A DNA stretch of 64,000 nucleotides, from contig OZ024743.1 in the NCBI GenBank assembly GCA_964016885.1, positions 319,424,001-319,488,000 on the forward strand, in the 5' to 3' direction. Positions 11,007 to 24,167 of this stretch are shown one piece after another. The notes below the pieces were generated by a model that ran no database searches, was not told the origin of the DNA, and saw nothing but the letters and a program-made list of their open reading frames with translations. Position 1 is the first letter of the stretch. Each line of letters begins with the position of its first letter. The translations under genes and the position numbers were made by a program. The stretch is from Eledone cirrhosa (lineage: Eukaryota).

Positions 11007-14000
11007 TTACAGACACATACTCAGAGAAGGCCCATTCATTCGGGCCATACTTGCTTCTCTCACCCATATTTCAACAAAATGCTGGGAAGAGAGCACTTCC
11101 CTCTCTACCCTGATTTTTCTTTTCAAATGAAATTTGAAAAAGTTAATCAGGGCATCACCGAAGAGGTAAGTGCTCGTCTTCAGCCCTTTCAAACGTGTCC
11201 ACCATACTATCTCTTTCGCCATGGCCACCAGACAGATAAAAACTGCCTGCCCTTCCCGGCTAAAGGAAGGGGGCGGGGCAATCCTCACGATGGACTCAGC
11301 TGATAGCTGGATCCGTCCTACACGTGACTGCAGGTGTTCGACCTAAACCCACAAGTCAGCAATGCTCGGACACTGGACGAGTGCGTGCGGGACGGTTTCG
11401 TCGCCCTGTGCGCATGTCGGACATGCCCGGCTGACGGCACCTCCTTGCCTGTAAAGTTTATCCCGAACTGGCAAAGCACCCCGGTAGCACTGCCAGGCCA
11501 GGGATTTCTGGAAGTTGTCCATAGGCCCCGGCCCGAAAGTCCTTCCGAAGAGATTGGCTAGTTGATTTTCGTCTCGACGCCTAGAGTTTCTCCAAGTACG
11601 TCGTCGCTCTTCCCCTCCACTAATCCCCTATAGAACGCCAAGGTGGAGTTTCCACCGATCACATTGCCCGATTGGTCGAGGGCTGTGAGCGCCTGAAGAC
11701 ATTCCAGTCTCCAAGCGCTCCCTCTCGGTCTTCGCTCCACCCAGGACTGCAGCTCCGTCAAGGAGACGAGCTGGGGAAAAACGTGTCTAGCAAACGGCGA
11801 CCACACCTGATCACCGTCGAGGAAGAGGTGGCGATGTCGTAGCCTGAGCGCGTGTCTGCGCATCATCAGCCACGGCATGCCCAGCCCTCCACGTAGCGGG
11901 TGTTGACAGCAGATGGACCGCCTGACCATCGGAGCGCGTCCCTTCCACAAGAAGCGAAAGAGCAAACACTCCAGCACAGTCAGGCGGGGCTTAGGACAAG
12001 GTACGACGGTCAGGCGGTAGTAGTTGACGGACGCGATGTACGCGTTAGCCACCTCCGCTCGACCTTTCAGGGATAGCTTCCTCTCCGCCCATTTCTGGGT
12101 GAGAGAAGCCACCCTGCTCGTCACCTCGTCCCAGTTTTTGTCCGTCTGGAGGTCTGGACCGAACCAGACCCCTAACAATTTAACCGGTCCGTCTGTCCAG
12201 CGCCCGACGACGCTGTTGGACGGCATGGACCTGCCTCTCCAGGTGCCGAGCTGCAGGCCCACTGACTTTTCCTGGTTGATCATTGCTCCTGTCACCGCTT
12301 CGTATTCTCTTAGTGTAGTGCCGATCGCCTCGATGTGTTTGGTGTTCGACACCACTACGGTGACATCGTCGGCATATGCTGACACGGATCTTCCGCATCC
12401 TAGTTCGCGCGGGATCCCCCTCAACGTCTCCAGCTTGTGCAGTAATGGCTCGCGAGTCAATACGTACAATAGGGACGAGAGGGGACATCCTTGGCGGACC
12501 GAGCGCATGATGTTGAACGGTTCCGAAAGGTGACCGTTCACTCTCACTACAGAGCAGATGTTGCTGTGCATGGCAGCGATCCAGCCTCTGAAGACGGGCC
12601 CAAAGCCAGCCGCCCTCAGGACTGCCTCTAGGTAACGATGGTCGACCCTATCGAAGGCTTTCGACTGATCTAAATTGATCAAAGACCCACCCGTGCCAGG
12701 TTCCCTAGCTACCCTCTCTACGATGTATCGCATGAGGTGGAGGTTGTCGTGGATGGATCTGTCGGGAATGGCGCATGTCTGTGCCTCTCCCACCAGACCA
12801 CCAATGACAAGCGCCAACCTCTTTGCTAGCACCTTGGCCAAAATCTTGAACTCTGTGTTTAGCAGAGTTATGGGCCTAAAATTATCTATGTTATCCCCCT
12901 TGTTCGGATCCTTTCTCAGCAGCGCCACCGCTCCTCGGCTCACAGAGCTGGGAATTCTCCCGTTCTGTTGCCAGTTGCAGTAGACGTCCGCCAAGAGGCC
13001 TCCGAACAAGTTTGGCATTTGTACATAAAGTTCATAGGGCAGACCATCCAAACCAGGCGATTTACCCCTTGTGCAACTAGTCATTGCATCGCGTACTTCA
13101 GCGGTTGTTATCGGCTTTTCGCAACACTCCGCCTCAGTGGCCGAAAGCCGCGGCAGTCCGTCGAGGTAAACACTAAAGTCCATCCCTCGATCCGGCCCGC
13201 CACTGCCCCCGAACAGTTGAGCGAAGTGTCGCTGAAAAGCTTCACACATTTTCCCGGGATCGAGTAGCATGCGCCCGTCGTGGTCCACCAAAGACCGGAT
13301 CGTGGCTTTGTTGCCACGGCGCGCCTCCGCCACTCGGGCCCATTGAACGGCTTTCGTCCCCTCGTATCTGAGAGCACGCACCCTAGCTCTGACAACGCAG
13401 CCTTCGTGCTTTGTATTGAAGAATTGGTCAAGGGCCAATTTCGCCGCAAGTACGTCGGTCGCGATGCCTTTGCTAAGCGCCTCATCTAATTTTCTAACTA
13501 ATTCTCCCTCTGCTCTATTTTTCTCTATTGCTAAAGTTTTACTAAACCTAATGGACTCTATTCTAATTGCTCTTTTCAGAGCAAACCACCACTTGTTGTT
13601 GACGATGGCCCCCGTCAACGCCCGCTTAACTAGTTCGCTAATCCGGTCTCTGTAGGCCTTGCGCGCTGGTAAGGACGCGTTTAGCTTCCAGTAGCCGGGT
13701 CCTCGTCTATGAAGCCTATCTAAGTCAAGCATCCAGATCACGAATTTGTGGTCTGTGCAGCTGACTATCTTGAATTGTGGACAGCCTATGCTAGACCTAT
13801 CTATTTCCCTACAAAATACTCTATCTAGATATGATCTGGATAACCATATGCGATTTGTCCAAGTCCACATTGGTACATTCGGGAAATCCATTCGGTACCT
13901 GTCAGATAGTTCAAAACGTCTGAGCAGGTTGGTGAGACTCTTGCACCCTCCTTCCCTATCCACTAATCCCACACAATCCCAGCGTGCATCTAAGATCCCG

Positions 14001-14428
14001 TTCCAGTCGCCCACTAACACTAAAGAGCGGGACGTTCCAAGAAAGGTCACCAGACGCCGGAAGAAATCAGGCCGCCCTGCTCCTGTCAGGGCATAGACGG
14101 CCACTAACCTGAAAGCTTGCCCGTCTCCGCTGGTCACGTCCAGCACCACCAACTTACCTTCTGGGTCCAGGAAGATGGCCCGTATGGCAAGATCTAAACA
14201 TCTCCGAAAAAGCACAGCAACTCCTCCCCCCGATCCCGGACGGCTGGGAGATGCGTACACATCGTAGCCGCCGAAGATCGGTGCGAAAGCCTGTGCTTCG
14301 GAGATTCTGGTCTCGCTGATGGCCACTACTTCTATGTTTAGTGACCTGAGGTCGTTGAGCAGGTGGCCCTGCTTCCATGACGTCCCCAAGCCACGCGCAT
14401 TTATGCTGCCTATTCTGAGTGAGGTCAT
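11007..14428 (-). pseudogene. Tx1 ORF2: AP endonuclease + reverse transcriptase + C-terminal Cys domain
   Basis: SINARG, SET, GDWN, LDRVF, TDH (APE); KSPGLDG, FRPITLLN, DQSKAFD, RQGCPLS, YADD (RT); 956 aa open, then a 2 bp frameshift near 11573 and a TAG near 11345. Confidence 0.93.
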
Positions 14429-14462
14429 GTTGAAAAGGAGTGGAAAAGATGGGAAAGACCAC

Positions 14463-16443
14463 TTACCTTACTTCTCGTAGGGGAAGGACGTTTTTTCCAT
14501 CCTTTTCACTGCTTGTGGCCTCCTCAGGAAGGATGTCCTTATAAATCCTCCTGGAGAGTGCTTGTCGGAAGTCTCCGATGTCTTTAGGGAATTTTTGTTT
14601 TAGTGTCATGTACGTTTTCTGCGTGATGCGAGTGATTTGTATGTGTGGAGGTGGTGTGAATTTTGGGGTTGTTGTGTAGTCTTTTTCTGTGATGCTGGTG
14701 TTGTGTTAGATGTAGTGTAATAATTGCTTGTTGTTCAAATTTAATGCTGTGTAGTGTGTATCGTTTTGGTTGTTTTGTTTTGTTTGCGTTTGTTGTGGGT
14801 TTGTTTCTCTTTCGCATTTGGGTGACTTTTGTTGTGTAGGTGATGGTGGTGTTGGGGTTAATGATGGTGATGGTGTTGGTGTTTGGGTTGATGAGGTTGG
14901 TGATGCTGGTGTGGATGGTGGCATATCTGTCCTAACTTTTTTGTTTCTTAATTTATTTGTTTCCCTCTGTATTTTGTTTTTTGAGGGGGAAGGAAGAGAA
15001 TTTTTTCTTTTTTGGTTTCTTTTTTTTTTCCAGATATCGTTTCCCACTCCTCGTCGTCACAATCTGTCTCCAGTTGTGATAGGCCGGGGAGTGGAAAATC
15101 CTCCACAGCCGTTAGTTTTGGTTGTGGTGTGGTGGATGGTGTAGGCGCTGGTGCTAGTTCTGAAGCGTTGGGTGGTGGTGGTGTTGGTTTTGCTGGTGGT
15201 GGTAGTGGTGTTGGTTTTGCTACTGTTGCTGGGGTTGTTGCTGTTATAGTTGCTTCTGTTGTTGCTGCTACAGTTGTTGCTGCCATCTCTGCTACTGGTG
15301 GTGTTGATGGTTGTGTCACTGGGGTGGGTAGGAGAGGTGGCCTCAACCTTTTAGCCTGAGGGCAGAAAGCCCTTAGGTGGGTTCCTTCACCACAAACGAC
15401 ACACCTAGGTCTTCTGCCCTCGACAATTACCGTGAGGTGGCTGCCGTCAGTGAGGTCTATTACCTCTGGGATCTCCTCAATGCTTTTTTGGTCCGCTTGG
15501 ATCAGGAGCTCCATCCCAGATCCGGACCAGTTCTCCTGCTTTTCTTTTGCTATTGCTATTATTTTCGTGTTGGCTTCGATGCCGGCGAGGACAGCCGCTA
15601 TTAGCCAGGGAATTTCGATGGCCGGTGGAACGTGGGTCACCCTGATCTTTACGAGTCTCTGGCCACAATAGCTTGGAACGAGTGTGAAGTCGTCACTTCT
15701 TAATGGGGCCATGGAGTATTCTCTAGCCTCCTCTGGTGTTTCAAAGAACACGTTACGGTTCCATACTTTTGCCCACGTCTGATGTGGGTTTTTCTTGCCC
15801 ACACATGTCCCAAAGCTTTTTGGATTTGGGACTCGGATGCCCGTTCCACTCGGCGCGATTTTACATTTATTGTTCTATACGACACGGTGCATAGGCGCCG
15901 ATGCTCCATTTTATTATGTGGGGGGGGGGGGTGAGGCTGACCCTGTACCCATCTTTCTTTACCATTTGTTTGGCATTTTCTAAATCCTCCTGAGTTACCG
16001 TAAATGCTTCGAACTGTTTTGCTACTCTGGCGAAACTGAGGGGGGGGGGGGTTATAATGTTATTGTTGTTGTTGTTGCTATCGTTAATATTAATTTTAGT
16101 TTCAGTTGTGGTGGTGACGTCAGTCGTCTTTGGTGGGGAAGAGTCCATTTTGCTTGATTTCATTTCGACATCACGAGTTAATTTATTTTTTTCTTCTTTT
16201 GTTTCTGGTGGTGGTGGTGGTGGTGGTTGTCGCGCTGGTGGTGGTGGTAGAGGCTTTAACACCTGCAGTCATTGGTAATGGCGGGAAATGAATGTCTGCC
16301 TGAGACAAATTAAAAATATTGCTAGTGCTTATATTTTTTTTTGTGTTGGCAAACGTAGTAACATTTACAATGGTGGTGTCGGTGTGAGGTGTTAATTTGT
16401 GAGGAAGGCTTTCAGCTGCTTCGTGCAGAGGTGAATTAGCCAT
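14463..16443 (-). pseudogene. Tx1 ORF1 (gag-like, CCHC zinc knuckle, Pro/Thr-rich), frameshifted
   Basis: CVVCGEGTHLRAFC; consecutive minus-strand ORF pieces 16183-16452, 15867-16262, 14948-15802, 14706-15047. Confidence 0.85.
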
Positions 16444-16675
16444 TTTTTTCAAAGAAATTTTTTTGATAATAATAAAAGTTTAAATTTTGGGCACAAGGCC
16501 CCAATCTTTTTGGGTGTCCTTTTCGGAAAACAACGTATGTGCGCTTATAAACAGTTAACAATAAAATTTTCCATAAATGACAATTTTTAACAAACGGAAA
16601 TAACAAACCTTTGCGGAGCTCACGATGATACGATTTACTACGTAGGTCGCCAATAATAATAATAATAATAATAAT

Positions 16676-19600
16676 GATTTCATTTATTGGCAACAAGGGC
16701 CGACATATAAGGGACAATACAAAAGACTGGGACAGTGGGGTTTTACTGAAAAATCGAGTAAACAATATGAATAAACAAAGTAACAATAACAAAGTAACAA
16801 TAAAGTAACAAGAAAATTACAACAAGAAAAAATTCCCCAAATAGGGGGGATGACCACCTAGGGTTCGCTCAGGTACCCCACTAGTCTTGAACGACCCGAC
16901 GCTTCGAGAGCACCCTGGAAGGGCACCCCTCTCCTCTTCAAATTTACCTACCTACAGCCGCATGACCAGAGTAGGGCCACTCACACGGGCCATTCTCGCC
17001 ACATTCACCCACCTTTCAGAAAATGTACTGGGGGGCAGCACTTCTCTCTCCACCCTCATCTTCATTTCCAAGTGAAACTTGAAAAAGTTGATGAGGGATT
17101 GGCCGAAGAGAAAAGTGTCTGTCTTCAGTCCTTTCAACCTCGTCCACCATACAACCTCTTTCGCTACTGCCACCAGACAGAGGAAAATTGCCTGTCCTTC
17201 CTGGCCAAAAGAAGGCAGCGGGTCGATCTTCACTATGGACTCGGCCGTTAGCCGGATCCGTTCTACACGCGACAAAAGCTGTTCAACATAACTCCACAAG
17301 TCAGTAATGCACGGACACTGGACGAGTGCGTGCAGACCGGTTTCGTCGCTTTGCGCGCATCTCGGGCAGGTCCGTCTGACAGCACTTCCGTGCCTGTAGA
17401 GTTTATCTCGAACCGTCAGTGCCCCCCGGTAGCACTGCCAAGCGAGGGATTTTTGGAAATTATCCATCGTCCCCGGCTCGAAAGTCCACCGGTACAGCCT
17501 GGTTAGTTCGACTTCGTTGACTCCCAGAGCCTCTCCGAGTGCGTCGTCGCACTTGCCCACCACTAATCCTCTATAGTACTCGAGAGTGGAAGTTCCACTG
17601 AACGCATTGCCCGCCTGGTAGAGGACAGTGAGTGCCTGGCAACATTCCAGATGCCAGTCACCCAGTCTCAGTCTCTTCTTGACCCAGGACTGCAACTCAG
17701 TCAAAGAAACGAGCTGCGGAAAGGCCCGTCTGACAAACGGCGACCACACCTGTTCACTGTTTAGGCAGAATATCTGGAGATGCCGCAGCCTCAGCGCGTG
17801 CCTGCGCATCATTAGCCACGGCATGCCCAGCCCTCCATGTAGAGGGTGCTGGCAGCAGATGGACCGCCTCACCAGCGGAACCTGACCCCTCCACAAGAAT
17901 TTGAAGAGGAGTAGCTCCAAGATGGCGAGGCGCGAACGGGGGCAAGGGACGACAGTCAAACGGTAGTAGATGACGGACGCGATGTGCGCGTTCGCCACCT
18001 CCGCCCGACCTTTCAGTGATAGCTTCATCCCAGCCCATTTCTGGGTGAGACTGACTACCCTGCCCGTCACCTCGCCCCAATTCTTATCCACCTGGAGGTC
18101 TGGCCCGAACCAAACCCCTAGCAACTTTACCGGTCCGTCCGTCCAGCGCCTAACGACGCTGTTGGACGGCATGGACTTGCCTCTCCAGGTGCCGAGTTGC
18201 AAGCCCACTGACTTTTCCGGGTTAAGTTTTGCTCCCGTCAACCTTTCATATTCCTCCTATAAGTTGCCGACCACCTCGATTTCTGAGGTGTCCGACACCA
18301 TCACGGTGATGTCGTCCGCATATGCCGACACAGCCTTTCCGCGTCCCGGTTCGAGCGGGATGCCCTGCAACAGCTCCAGCTTCCGCAGTAAAGGCTCGAG
18401 AGTCAATACGTACAGAAGGGAGAAGAGAGGACACCCTTGACGGACCGATCGGGAGACCTGAAACGGTTCCGAGAGGTGGCCATTAATTTTGACCATCGAG
18501 CAGGTGCCGCTGTGCATTGCAGGGATCCAGCTTCTGAAGACGGGGCCGAAGCTAGCCGGCTTGAGGACAGCCTCCAGGTACCGATGGTCAACCCTATCGA
18601 ATGCTTTCGATTGATCTAAATTGATCAGAACCCCACCGAAGCCAGGTTTACACGCTACACTCTCTATGATGTATCGCATTAGGTCGAGGTTGTCGTGTAT
18701 GGACCTGATTGGGATTGCGCAAGTTTGCGCCTCCCCAACCAAATCTCCGACGACAAGCGCCAACCTCTTCGCTAACACCCTGGCCAAAATCTTAAACTCT
18801 TTGTTGAGCAGAGTTATGGGCCTGAAATTGTCTAATGTGTCCCTCTTGTTCTCGTCTTTCCTTATCAGTGTCACTACGCCCCGGCTCACAGAACTGGCAA
18901 TACTCCCGTTTTGCTGTCAGTTGCATCAGAGGGCTTCGAGGAGATTGGAGAACAAGTCTGGCATATTTACGTAAAGCTCGTAGGGCAGACCATCCAAACC
19001 GGGTGACTTGCGCCTCATGCAACCGACAAGGGCATCCTGAATCTCGGCTGAAGTAATTGGCCTTTCGCAGCGCCCAGCGTCAGCCGTCGAGAGTTGCGGC
19101 AAGCCATCGACGTAGGGACTGAAGTCCGCCACCATCTCTGACCCGCCACTTCCCCAGAACAACCGAGCAAAGTGTTGGTGAAAGGCCTCACACATCCTCT
19201 TGGAATCGCTCAGCTCGTGCCCGTCTCGGTCCGTCAAAGACAGAATCGTGGTTTTATTACCCCGCTGCGCCTCTGCCACGCGGCCCCATCGAACAGCTTT
19301 GGCTCCCTCGTTTCTCAGAACACGCGCCTTAGCTCTGACAATGCAACCTTCGTGTTTCGCAGTGAAGAAATGGTCTAATGCCATTCTCGCCACTAGCACA
19401 TCAGTTGCAATGCCACTACCAATAGCCTCGTCTAACCTATCTACCAACTCCCTCTTCTTTCTATTTTTCTCTAATGCTACTTCTTTGCTAAACTCTATAG
19501 ACATTACTCTAATCTCTCTTTTGAGAGCACGAAGTTTTGTATGTTTTGTTGGTGTGATTTTATTTGTTTGCGTGGCTGTGGTGGTGATGGTTTTGGTGGT

Positions 19601-21433
19601 GTTGTTTCGGTTGTATCTGTGTTTGTTGTGAGTGCGGTGTCTGTGGTTTCAGATGTTTGTGTGTATATTTGTTCTTGCGTCTGTTTCGGTTGTTTGCGTT
19701 TGAGGGATTCTGGTGATGGTGATGGTGGTGTTGATGTTGGTGTTATTGGAGAGATGTTTGCGTGGGTGGTGTCTGCGTTTTTTATTGTGGGTGCTTTTGT
19801 GCTTTGTTGAGTTTTTTTTTTCTTTTTGTGTTTCCTTTTTTGTATTTTGGGGGATTTTGGATTTCCCTCATTTTCACTACTGGTAGATGAGGGGTCTGTG
19901 TCTGTAAGTGTGTCTGTATGTATGTTTATGGTTTTATTGGTGTGTGTATTTTGGGGGGGAGGGGGAATTTGACAGCTTTCCTCGTTTCCCCCCTGGGTCG
20001 TCAATGTTGGTGGTGGTCTTTCCATTGGTGTTGTTGTTGGTGGTTTTGCCGGTGCTGGTGTTGGTTGTGGTCCTCGCCCCGGCGTCGGCAGCAGTGGAGC
20101 CTTTCGACCCCTTGCCTCTTTCAGCAGTTGAGGGCAGAAGGCTCGCAAATGGGTTTTTTCCCCACAAACAATACACTGCGGCCTTTTGCCTTCGGTCATA
20201 ATGTGAATGACCGTCCCATTTTGAAGGCGGATGTGGTCCGGGATTGTCTTCACATTCTCGGGCCTGATCTGGAGAAGGATCTCCAGGTCAACCCCAGACC
20301 AGTCCTCTCTGGCGGTTCTGGTCACTTTTATAGGGACTGTATCCGTCCCCTCTACAATCACACATCCTAGAAGCCACCACATGTCACGTCCTGGTGGGAT
20401 TCTGAGAATGCGGAGACGGGTCGTTCTTTTTCCCATGTGGGAGGGGTACATTATGACCTTGCTGGTTTTACAAGGAGTCATAGCGTGTTTCATAGCGAGG
20501 GCTTCTGACTTGAACAACACCGAAATGGTGCCGTACTGTCTGCCCCTCTCTATGTACTGGGTGTCTTCTCTGATGCACCTCAGCGTGACTTCGACATCTT
20601 CTTGTGGGATTAAAGCTGCCCTTTTGGTTTATGCTGAGATGCATCTATAATGCACCGTTTTGCGCTCCACTGCCTCAATAGCTTCTACCGGGACAGTTAA
20701 GTTGGCCCAAGTTTGCTCTTGCTTGATGAGCTTCCATGCCTGGGCCAACTTTTCATCTTTGTTTGAGAGGTCCATGTTGAAGCATGGCCTCTGTTTTGCT
20801 GCTGCCGCAGCGAAAGTGTTCTTTTTATTTTCGTTGGGGGGGGGGGGGGGGGGTGTCGTTATCGATGTTCTTGTTGGTGTTGGTGTTATCACTGTCGCTG
20901 TTATCATTGTTGTCTTTGATGCCACCGTTGTTCTCGGTGCAGTTGGTATTGTTGCTGTTGGTGTTGTCGCTATTTGTTTTCATGTTAGTGGTGTTGATAT
21001 TGTTGTATTTGTTATTTTTTTTTTGTTATTTGTATTTTCGTTGTCGCTGTTACTGTCATTTTTTTCAAAATTAGAGTTCTTATTGGTATCATTGGTGTCT
21101 TTGTTTACCTTGTTTGTGGTGGTGTTTGTGTTATCAATGTGTGTTAATTTCGCTGTAGCGCTCCTCTCAACTTCTATGTCGTTGTGGCACGACAGCCGAC
21201 ATATCGCTGGGGGGCGTGGCTCAGCCATGTTTTTTTTTCTTCGTAAATCTTTTAATATGTAAAAAAAAGTTCAATTATTTGGGCCAAAAGGCACAAATAT
21301 TATACTTTCCCCTTCGCGGGCAAAGTCTAAGGGCTTATATCCCTTACACAACAAGAAATATTTAACAACAAATAATTTTAACAGGCAAATAAAGCGACTT
21401 ACTGTGAGCGAGCAAAATACGTCCGCTTAGATC
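16676..21433 (-). mobile_element. Tx1/L1-clade LINE (subfamily 2), 5' end intact, endonuclease domain deleted
   Basis: ORF1 (CIVCGEKTHLRAFC) joins near 19535 directly to the post-EN ORF2 segment (LKREIRVMSIEFSK); RT pieces 18926-19504, 18257-18889 (YADD), 16952-18241; AAT tracts on both flanks. Confidence 0.92.
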
Positions 21434-21473
<40 letters not shown>

Positions 21474-21476
<3 letters not shown>

Positions 21477-24121
21477 CTAAAAAACATAGACACTAAAAAT
21501 AGACTGGAAATAAAGTACAAAACTAGGAGCAAAAAGCTAAATATTATCATAGAGGAACTGAAGCAACGCATTGTAGCAAAGAGTGTAAAAATTAGGCGAT
21601 ACGAGAGCAGAGTCAGTCAGTATAGACAGAACCGCATGTTTGACAACAACCAGAAGATGCTGTTTGGACAGCTTGAAGAGAAAGAAAGAGGCAACGACTT
21701 GATCCCTGAGGCGGAATAAACTAAGACATTCTGGAGAGGAATATGGGAGCAGGATGTTAAACATAATGACCAGGCAGTGTGGATTGAGACTGTACAAAAG
21801 GAGATTAGTGAACAGGCACATCAACAAACTGATTTGAGTATCACAGTTGAAACTCTTAAGGGGCAGGCCAAAAAACTAACCAACTGGAAATCACCAGGCC
21901 CAGATGGTGTGCAGGGGTATTGGATTAAAAATATAACATCCCTCCACCCGAAACTGACAACCATGTTCAATGACTGCTTGATGTCAGGTGAGGTACCAGA
22001 GTGGTTGACAAAAGGTACCACAGTTCTGGTAATGAAAGACCGAATCAAGGGTAATGATGTTACCAACTATAGACCTATCACATGTCTGTCCGTAATGTGG
22101 AAACTGTTGACAAGCATTATGTCTGAGGAAATCTACCATCACCTCCACACAAACAACTTGTTACCGGACGAACAGAAAGGATGCCGAAAGAAGTCCCGTG
22201 GTACAAAGGACCAGTTACTTATTGATAAGATGGTAATGAGGAATTGCAAGAGGAGACACACTGGTCTTGCCATAGGATGGATAGACTACAAAAAAGCATT
22301 TGACATGGTGCCTCATTCTTGGATCACCAAAAGCCTAGAGATCTTCAAGGTGGCAGATAACATCAGACAGTTGTTGGACAAAAGTATGAAGACTTGGAAA
22401 ACAGAGTTAACATCAGCTGGAGAATCCTTGGGAGGCGTGAAGATCAAGAGAGGTATCTTCCAGGGAGATAGTCTGTCCCCTCTGTTGTTTGTCATTGCCC
22501 TGATGCCCCTAACCATTATACTGCGAAAAGTGAGAGCAGGATACAAGTTGGGAAAGGGAGAGCTTACCATCAATCACCTCCTCTTCATGGACAATCTTAA
22601 GCTCTTCGGGAAGAGTGAGAAGGAGTTGGATGTGCTTGTTGACACTGTCCGTATTTTCAGCAATGATATATGTATGCAATTTGGTATTAGTAAGTGTGGA
22701 GTCCTTGTGATGAAGAGGGGTAAATTGAGCAGAAGCAACGGAATCCAGGTACCAACAGGTGAGATGATAAAGGAAATTGACACTGAAGAAGGATACAAGT
22801 ATTTGGGTGTTCTGGAGGCTGATGACATCAAGAACAAAAAAATGAAGGAATTGATAAGATCTGAATACATTCGGAGAGAAAGTAGCATATTAAAGTCACA
22901 TCTGAACAGTAGGAATGCCATAAGTGCAGTAAATTACGAGCTGTGTCTATTATTAGGTACAGTGCAGGAATTCTGAGATGGAATGTTGCTGAACAAAAAG
23001 AAATGGATAGGAAGACTAGGAAGCTATTGACTATCTACAACATGTTCCACAAGAGGAGTGATGTCGATAGACTCTACTTAAGGAGATCTGAAGGTGGAAG
23101 AAGTCTTATCAGCATAGAGGACTGTGTTCAGATGGAGAAAAACAACCTACACAAATACGTGACTGATAGTAAGAAGCCAATGCTGGAGAGAACAATAAGG
23201 AGCCAATGCTGGAGAGGACTGAAGGAGAGGACAATAGACCAGGGTAGGTCCAAGGAGGAAATAACAACAAGGGGAAAGAGCAGCCTTCATGAAAAATCCC
23301 TTCATAGTACCTTCTTTGATAAAACTGAATTCAGAGATCCACAGACATGGAACTGGTTGAAAAGAGGAGACCTTAAAAAGGCTACAGAAGGAATGCTAAT
23401 GGCTGCACAAGAGCAGGCCCTCAAAACGAAGTGGTTTAAACACCATATTTACAAGGAGGAGGCTAACCCACTGTGTAGGATATGTGGAGAGAGAGAGGAG
23501 ACTGTGGCTCACATTGTATCCGAGTGTAAACACCTAGCCCAGACTCACTATAAGGGCTGGAGACATGATGTGATGGGCAGGGTGATCCACTGGCACCTTT
23601 GCAAAGTAAGCAATTTACCACATTCTGGAAGTGGTATGAGCATAAGCCAGAGTCGGTGATAGAAAACGATCAGGTGAAGGTGCTGTGGGATTTTAGGATA
23701 CAGACGGACAAGAAACTGGAACACAATAGACCTGACCTGGTGGTTTTGGACAAAGAAAAAAGATCGTGCCTGATTGTGGATGTGGCCCGCCCATTCGACA
23801 CGAGAGTGCAAGAGAAGGAGAGGGAGAAATTAACCGATACTAGGACTTAAAGTGGGAGGTAAAAAGGAGTTGGAACTGCCATGAAGTCAAAGTGGTCCCG
23901 ATTGTCATAGGCGCACTAGGTACTATCTAAAAAAGTTTCCAGGGATGGTTAAAGAAAATTGGCCCTGCCACGCGTTTTGGAACGCTTCAAAAGGCATGCT
24001 TGCTGGGAACAGCAAGAACCCTCCGATACGTCCTGAATATCAGAGGCTGCAGGTAGTGGCTTGATATTCATTTCAACAAACTTTCCAGTTAACTAACATC
24101 AACGACTGAGACGCAAAGAAC
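21474..24121 (+). mobile_element. 5'-truncated R4/Dong-like non-LTR retrotransposon (RT + CCHC + restriction-like endonuclease), family 1
   Basis: KSPGPDG, YRPITCL, DYKKAFD, GIFQGDSLSP, FMDN (mutated YxDD), CRICGEREETVAHIVSEC, RHD, RPDLVV..IVDV; (AAT)n tail. Confidence 0.92.

Positions 24122-24166
<45 letters not shown>

Positions 24167-24167
<1 letters not shown>

Larger units (their letters stand above)
10761..16651 (-). mobile_element. Full-length Tx1/L1-clade LINE (subfamily 1)
   Basis: 5'UTR, ORF1 with CCHC knuckle, ORF2 APE+RT, AATAAA then (ATT)n tail; AAT tracts on both sides. Confidence 0.95.

Noticed and set aside
12024-21262. Many plus-strand ORFs over the Tx1 elements
   Set aside because: Antisense shadows of GC-rich or low-complexity retrotransposon ORFs
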